32,000 nucleotides of DNA from Candidatus Nanobsidianus stetteri (GTDB taxonomy: Archaea; Nanobdellota; Nanobdellia; Nanobdellales; Nanobdellaceae): NCBI GenBank assembly GCA_000387965.1, contig APJZ01000002.1, positions 30,001-62,000 on the forward strand, written 5' to 3'. Both the position numbers and the translations under genes were made by a program. The notes under the pieces are model-generated. The model saw only the letters and a program-made list of their open reading frames with translations. It searched no databases and had not been told where the DNA came from. Within the stretch, counting starts at the first letter, position 1. Every line of letters starts with the position of its first letter. Positions 25,926 to 32,000 of this stretch are shown here, piece after piece.

Positions 25926-26336
25926 TTATTTCTTTGCCTTCATAAACTTAGAAGATTTAGAAGCTCCAATACCTGGTGCTGAATGTTGAACTTTCTTTGT
26001 TGTATGAACAAATTCTCCCAATCTTCTTCCAATCATTTCTGGTTTTATTTCAAATTCAACAAATTCTTTCCCATTATATACCCCAACCTTTGCACCAACA
26101 ATTGAAGGTAATATAACAATCTCTCTTGCATGTGTTTTTATTGTTTTCTTATATTTTCCCTGTAATTGTAAATAGCATTTTTTATAGAAATTTTCCCATT
26201 CTGGTGGAAATCCAATTTTTAATCTTCTTAATAATGTCCTTCTTGTCCTACTATCTGCAACTTTTTGAGCAAATTCTTCAATACTCATGTTTTTTAATTG
26301 ATCCAATGTATATCCCCTAATCATGAATTCTGGCAT
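25926..26336 (-). CDS. rps19: 30S ribosomal protein uS19
   Basis: RGYTLDQLKNMSIEEF, RRLKIGFPPE, VGVYNGKEFVEFEIKPEMIGRRLGEFVHTTKKVQHSAPGIG. Confidence 0.92.
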   Translation of the reverse strand: MPEFMIRGYTLDQLKNMSIEEFAQKVADSRTRRTLLRRLKIGFPPEWENFYKKCYLQLQGKYKKTIKTHAREIVILPSIVGAKVGVYNGKEFVEFEIKPEMIGRRLGEFVHTTKKVQHSAPGIGASKSSKFMKAKK

Positions 26337-26359
26337 TATTTATATTTAATATATAATTT

Positions 26360-26857
26360 TTATAAATAATATTTTGAAAGATAATCTAGAATATTTTTTA
26401 TGCCAAAAACATACTTTTCTTTCATAGAAACTATTTCATATATAAAATTTAGCATATCTTTGTAATCTGTAAATATATAAGGTTCTTTATTTAAATATTT
26501 TGATATATAGTATTCTGAAACATTATATGCAATATTATAAAAATATTTGTTCTTCTTTTGTATTAAATATTTATATTTTTCCTCTTTTTTATAATTATAT
26601 AATAAAAAAGATAGTAAAACACCCTCTATTGGTAATATTAATATTGAGTTTTCCTTTATTTCAATCTCTTCAATTTTTTTATATATATTTAAATTAATTT
26701 TAAACCCCATATTGAATTTTTTATCTATCTTATTTATTATATCTAAAACAAAATCTTTTGTATTTGATTCTAGTGCAATTATATTTATATTAGAATTTCT
26801 TTTGAATTTTTTTGAATTTCTAATTTCCCTTTTTGTTAATCTTTCATATATGTTCAT
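26360..26857 (-). CDS. Hypothetical protein (165 aa) between the ArcTGT and uS19 genes
   Basis: The ORF has a 4-nt overlap with the TGT stop. It is K/N/Y-rich and has no motif I can recognise. Confidence 0.45.
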   Translation of the reverse strand: MNIYERLTKREIRNSKKFKRNSNINIIALESNTKDFVLDIINKIDKKFNMGFKINLNIYKKIEEIEIKENSILILPIEGVLLSFLLYNYKKEEKYKYLIQKKNKYFYNIAYNVSEYYISKYLNKEPYIFTDYKDMLNFIYEIVSMKEKYVFGIKNILDYLSKYYL

Positions 26858-28062
26858 TTTACATTTTTAAATGAGTTAAATGGATATGCATAATCAAATA
26901 TATCTTCAATATCCTTTTTATCAACCCTCTCATTTATTCTTTCCAATGCTCTTTTAACATCTACTCTAATTTCATTTAATTCTCCCCCATAAAATATTCC
27001 AGATCTTTTTCTTATTGGTTCTAATGATTTTAAATAATTATAATATTTCTCTAAAATTAATTTTGTTGCTTTATATAATGAATAATGAGTATGTGCCTTA
27101 ATTAATATTAAATCTGTTAAATATTCATTTTTTATAGCATCTTTTGTAATTTCAATTTCCTTAATTAAATTATATAAATTATGTTCTGCTAATATTTTTA
27201 TTAATTCTTTATTATTATAATCTTTTATTTCTTCTATATGATATATATTATTTTTAGTTTCAATGTAAAAGTTCTTTATTTCATCATATCTAAATGTACC
27301 ATATGGTGTTAATATTCTCTTATCTTTAGCAAACAATATATATGAGGCAGAATCGAAAATATCAAAACCTAAATATATTGATAGTGGAATTATCAATGTA
27401 TGACCCATTCCAAATAAATGAATAGGTTTATTAAATGGTAATAAAATTTTTGGTTCGATTGCCAATTCTAATAATTTATAAAAATTGTATTTTATCATAT
27501 ATGGAACAATTGTACCAATTGCAAATATATCTACATCTAAATTTTTTACATATTCAGCAGCTTTTTTCCTTAAATCAATATAAATCCCACCCTGTATTGC
27601 TCCATTAATTAATCTATCCCCCTTTAATTTTATCCCTTCTTTTATCCTTTCAATTGTAATATTTAATTCATTTTCAGCTTCTTCTTTAGATTTATCAATA
27701 TCTGTTGGTATATCTAAGACATTTAATATGTCAGAATTTATTCTTATTTGATATTCAATAATTTCTCTATTATTTATTTCTAAATCTTTTTTATAATGCA
27801 ACATTTGATATGATCCCGAATCAGTTTCAATAATTCCATCAAAATTTAAGAATTTATGTATATCACCATCAAATTTTCTTCTATATAATATATATGCATT
27901 TGTAATTATTGCATTAATTCTATATTTTTTTATTGTTTCTATTGGTAAAATATTCTTATAGGGATTTATAACTGGTAAAAGTAATGGTGTTTCTAATTTT
28001 TTATTTTTATATCTAATAATTCCTATTCTTCCAGCTCCATCTCTATATTTTATTTCGAACAT
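26854..28062 (-). CDS. tgtA: Archaeosine tRNA-guanine transglycosylase, catalytic (TIM-barrel) portion only; no PUA/C-terminal domains
   Basis: MFEIKYRDGAGRIGII..LETPLLLPVINP, IIETDSGSYQ, NGAIQGG, LFGMGHT, FDIFDSASY and LAEHNLY. It is 402 aa against ~580-650 aa for full-length ArcTGT. Confidence 0.85.
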   Translation of the reverse strand: MFEIKYRDGAGRIGIIRYKNKKLETPLLLPVINPYKNILPIETIKKYRINAIITNAYILYRRKFDGDIHKFLNFDGIIETDSGSYQMLHYKKDLEINNREIIEYQIRINSDILNVLDIPTDIDKSKEEAENELNITIERIKEGIKLKGDRLINGAIQGGIYIDLRKKAAEYVKNLDVDIFAIGTIVPYMIKYNFYKLLELAIEPKILLPFNKPIHLFGMGHTLIIPLSIYLGFDIFDSASYILFAKDKRILTPYGTFRYDEIKNFYIETKNNIYHIEEIKDYNNKELIKILAEHNLYNLIKEIEITKDAIKNEYLTDLILIKAHTHYSLYKATKLILEKYYNYLKSLEPIRKRSGIFYGGELNEIRVDVKRALERINERVDKKDIEDIFDYAYPFNSFKNVK

Positions 28063-28090
28063 TATTTTATAATATAAGAAAATTTTATTT

Positions 28091-28107
28091 GGGGATTGCA
28101 GCGGAAT
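28091..28107 (-). repeat. 3' half of the 16S processing helix (pairs with 29646-29665)
   Basis: On the RNA, AUUCCGCUGCAAU-CCCC (3' flank) pairs with GGGG-AUA-AUUGCAGCGGAAU (5' flank). That is 13 + 4 bp with a 3-nt bulge. Confidence 0.75.
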
Positions 28108-29600
<1,493 letters not shown>

Positions 29601-29645
29601 CGGCGGATTTCCGCCGCGGGCCTAGCCCGAAAAGTACGGCCGCAG

Positions 29646-29665
29646 ATTCCGCTGCAATTATCCCC
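29646..29665 (-). repeat. 5' half of the 16S processing helix (pairs with 28091-28107)
   Basis: See the partner entry. Complementarity was read directly from the sequence. Confidence 0.75.
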
Positions 29666-29688
29666 TTTCAGATATACTCTACATATGT

Positions 29689-29723
29689 GCCATGTACATC
29701 ATATATCATATGATGTACATGGC
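29689..29723. repeat. Perfect 16-bp inverted repeat with a 3-nt spacer (GCCATGTACATCATAT-atc-ATATGATGTACATGGC) upstream of the 16S leader
   Basis: Read directly from the sequence. It lies ~24 nt upstream (on the minus strand) of the 16S processing helix and downstream of the eL41-like ORF. Confidence 0.8.
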
Positions 29724-29812
29724 TATATTAAGACAATATTACTATAATATTTTAAAAATCTTAATATTTATAAAGCTCTCATTCTAGCTATTTTTCTTAG
29801 TCTCTTTTCTTC

Positions 29813-29884
29813 TCTAATTCTTCTTCTCTGCCATTTCCATCTAGATCTTAAGTATTTTTTCCATCTCCTTGAGCTTCTCCTCAT
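29813..29884 (-). CDS. rpl41e: eL41-like Arg/Lys/Trp-rich micro-ORF (23 aa as written; homology continues in another frame to 29767)
   Basis: Hand translation gives MRRSSRRWKKYLRSRWKWQRRKN*. From memory, archaeal L41e has SSRRWKKKGRMRWKW.KKR.RRLKRERK. The +1 frame continues IREEKRLRKIARMRAL*. TTTAAAAATA is centred ~27 nt upstream of the ATG. Confidence 0.6.
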
Positions 29885-29916
29885 TCAAAATAATAAATGA
29901 TAATAATATTTTTAAA

Positions 29917-30897
29917 TTATGATAGATTAGCTATCCCATCTATAAATCCAATGAGAATACCCAAAGAAATTAATAAAATCCCAACCCATTTTGGTATTCC
30001 TTTTTTATATGAAGATATATATAAGATTATGATAGAAATTAATAAAACTAAAAATGCTGAAATAATTGGTATAACATCTTGACTAGAAAATTTTATTGGA
30101 GATATCATTCCAAGAATTCCAGTAAATATTGTGAAAGCCGATATTTCTTCTCCAGATATTGATGCCATACTAATATTAAGATCCTTATCTTTAAACCAGG
30201 AAAAATGACCATATAATATATCTGGTAATGTAAATAAAATTAAGGATATTGCATAACCAATTAATGGTATAGATAAATTTAATCCTTGTAAAGTATTTGA
30301 AATATTATTTAATATATTTCCACCAATATATATTATTGATATTGCTAGAGCAATTTCTAAAGAAAAAACCGTTGCCTTAAAATATTCATAAAATGAACTT
30401 TTAGGTATGTATATATTTTTTTCGCTTTTTTTCCTATATTTATACAATAAAAATATAGAAATTATAATAAATATAAGATATAAAATAGATCCGGAAAAGA
30501 AATTTATTTGTTTAAATATCAATACAACAACTTGTGCTATTATTGAAATCATAATTAGAGATAGTACATTACTATCAATCATTCCCTTCTTAAAATTAAA
30601 TGCTAATATAAATGAACCTAAAGTAATTGTATAATCTAATACTACATTATATAATTGAAAATAATATCCTAGTTTTGGATCTCCATTTAATGCTACTGAT
30701 AAACCCGGTAAAAAAGATTGCAAAGCAGAAGCTATTCCTGCTGTATATATTAATAAATAATGTTCTGGCCATGAAGAGTAATATTTTGAATATTTTTCAA
30801 TATACTTTAATATAATATTTTCAGATAAATATATTAGAAAAGCATATATAAGTAAAGGTATAAGAGTTGATATGATAATTATTAAGTAATTTGTCAT
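29917..30897 (-). CDS. Polytopic membrane protein, possibly a degenerate cation/Ca2+ exchanger (CaCA/YrbG-like)
   Basis: It has about 10 hydrophobic segments. Two internally related blocks, SFLPGLSVALNGDPKLGYYFQLYNVVLDYTITLG and LFTLPDILYGHFSWFKDKD...SGEEISAFTIFTGILG, resemble the alpha-repeat pattern (S.LPEL....G....A.GN..GSN.FN...LG). Confidence 0.4.
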   Translation of the reverse strand: MTNYLIIIISTLIPLLIYAFLIYLSENIILKYIEKYSKYYSSWPEHYLLIYTAGIASALQSFLPGLSVALNGDPKLGYYFQLYNVVLDYTITLGSFILAFNFKKGMIDSNVLSLIMISIIAQVVVLIFKQINFFSGSILYLIFIIISIFLLYKYRKKSEKNIYIPKSSFYEYFKATVFSLEIALAISIIYIGGNILNNISNTLQGLNLSIPLIGYAISLILFTLPDILYGHFSWFKDKDLNISMASISGEEISAFTIFTGILGMISPIKFSSQDVIPIISAFLVLLISIIILYISSYKKGIPKWVGILLISLGILIGFIDGIANLS

Positions 30898-30933
30898 AAA
30901 AGATTAATAACTATCAAGATTTAATAATTTTCT

Positions 30934-31449
30934 ATGGATGACTGTATATATTGTAAAATTGCAAATAAAACATTGACATCTTATATTTTATATGAGGATA
31001 ATGATATAATATGTGTATTAGATATTTTGCCACCTTCAAAAGGATCCTTTTTAGTATTTCCAAAATTACATATAGAAGATTATACAAGTTTAAATGATGA
31101 AATAAATCAAAAAATGTTTACAATTTCAAAATATATATCAATAGTATTAAAAAATAAATTGAAATTTGATGGATTAAATATTCTATTATCTTCTGGAGAA
31201 ACAGGACAAAAATATAGACATATTGTTATTCAGGTTATACCGAGATTTAAAGATGACAATATTAAAATATATTTTAATAGATTTAGAGAAGATCCTTCTT
31301 TTTTAGAAGAATTAAAGAAATATATAACTACAGAATTAATAAGGATGAGCCAACAATATTTAAATTCTGAAAAAAAGGAAGAGAGGGAGGAAATAAAAAA
31401 AGATATAGATTATAAATTATTAAATCAGTGGTTTGAAAAAAGAATATAA
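30934..31449 (+). CDS. HIT-superfamily protein with a degenerate histidine triad and a K/E-rich C-terminal extension
   Basis: CIYCKI...ILYEDNDIICVLDILPPSKGSFLVFPKLH and GETGQKYRHIVIQVIPRF. The position of the H-x-H-x-H-x-x motif reads H-I-V-I-Q-V-I. Confidence 0.75.
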   Translation: MDDCIYCKIANKTLTSYILYEDNDIICVLDILPPSKGSFLVFPKLHIEDYTSLNDEINQKMFTISKYISIVLKNKLKFDGLNILLSSGETGQKYRHIVIQVIPRFKDDNIKIYFNRFREDPSFLEELKKYITTELIRMSQQYLNSEKKEEREEIKKDIDYKLLNQWFEKRI

Positions 31450-31471
31450 ATAAATATTTTAAAGATATTTT

Positions 31472-32000
31472 ATGGCGGATCTTAAGGATGATATATTGAA
31501 TAGTGAATATAAAGATAGAGTACTCGGAATAATGGAATTTAAAGAAAAGAATGAGAATATAATGAATTTATTGAAAGAATTGATTTATTATAGCTCAATA
31601 ATGGTAAGGGATGACTTATTTGAAAAATATAAAAGAGAGATAGAAGTTTATAAGCATTGGATAATAATTTTATCAGATTTTGATTTAAGTCCAGAAGAGA
31701 AAGTAAAATTAAAGGCATCTTTTCTAGAAAAATATTTGCAAAAAATAAAAAATGAAAAATTGGATATATGGTTACATGTTTTATTAATTGAAGACATAAG
31801 AAACATTGCTATGGATTCAAGATTTGAGTTATTAGATTTATTAGCAATTGGAAATGTAATATATGATAAAGGAATATTTGGAATATTTAGGTTAACAAGT
31901 GTTCATAAAAAATTAATAATCGATATATTACAGAAATATGTTGTTGCATATGTTTTGGCAGGATCTCAAGTAAAGGGAAGAAGTGTTGAATCCTCCGATG
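31472..32000 (+). CDS. Nucleotidyltransferase-fold (Pol-beta superfamily) protein, N-terminal part; the ORF runs off the window
   Basis: The open frame from the ATG at 31472 to the window end was checked by hand translation. The visible end, YVLAGSQVKGRSVESSD, matches the hG[GS]x(9-13)[DE]hD-type NTase signature. The first ~160 aa are helical and I do not recognise them. Confidence 0.5.
   Translation, partial: MADLKDDILNSEYKDRVLGIMEFKEKNENIMNLLKELIYYSSIMVRDDLFEKYKREIEVYKHWIIILSDFDLSPEEKVKLKASFLEKYLQKIKNEKLDIWLHVLLIEDIRNIAMDSRFELLDLLAIGNVIYDKGIFGIFRLTSVHKKLIIDILQKYVVAYVLAGSQVKGRSVESSD

Noticed and set aside
26360-26857. Idea that the 165-aa ORF downstream of ArcTGT is the missing PUA/C-terminal part of the enzyme
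   Set aside because: I could find no PUA-like or ArcTGT C2-like motif by eye, and the sequence is low-complexity K/N/Y-rich. This cannot be supported without a profile search.

Overview
This is a very AT-rich, extremely compact archaeal chromosomal window. All stable RNA genes stand out as sharply GC-rich islands, the pattern expected of a thermophile with an AT-rich genome. The 16S gene starts AUUCCCGUUGAUCCUGCGG and contains CGGCUACCUUGUGACGACUU (complement) near its 3' end. From memory these resemble Nanoarchaeota-type signatures. Together with scattered ribosomal-protein genes, unlinked rRNA genes and domain-only (split-looking) genes, this suggests a DPANN/Nanoarchaeota-like symbiont.

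RNA genes:
- Unlinked 23S (+) and 16S (-) rRNA genes, each with a long flanking processing helix.
- tRNA-Ala(UGC), tRNA-Leu(CAA) and tRNA-Glu(CUC).
- A 231-nt structured RNA that I read as a compact RNase P RNA.

Protein genes:
- The 3' part of a class II ribonucleotide reductase interrupted by a LAGLIDADG intein.
- Ten ribosomal protein genes in five separate places: uS3, uL22, eL19, uL15, eL37, uS5, uL30, uL16, uS19 and an eL41-like micro-ORF.
- HisRS and ProRS.
- An archaeosine TGT catalytic-domain-only gene.
- A Dph2 N-terminal-domain-only ORF.
- A MoxR/VWA pair.
- A MinD-type ATPase operon.
- A GT2-GtrA glycosyltransferase.
- HAD, HIT-like and ApgM-like enzymes.

Surface-filament components: a FlaI/PilB-type ATPase is divergently paired with a platform protein split into two single-domain genes, the first carrying a ~190-aa coiled-coil extension. 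A separate trio of translationally coupled pilin-like small proteins lies elsewhere in the window.

No CRISPR array, transposase or integrase was seen.

Most interesting observations:
- The RNase P RNA candidate appears to lack P2/P3.
- The filament machinery has a split platform with a coiled-coil extension.
- The 16S 3' end has no CCUCC anti-Shine-Dalgarno, and start codons sit ~26-30 nt downstream of TATA-like boxes.
- The ArcTGT is cysteine-free and has lost its Zn site.
- The eL41-like micro-ORF has an apparent frameshift.

All coordinates of RNA ends are by-eye estimates (about +/-10 nt).
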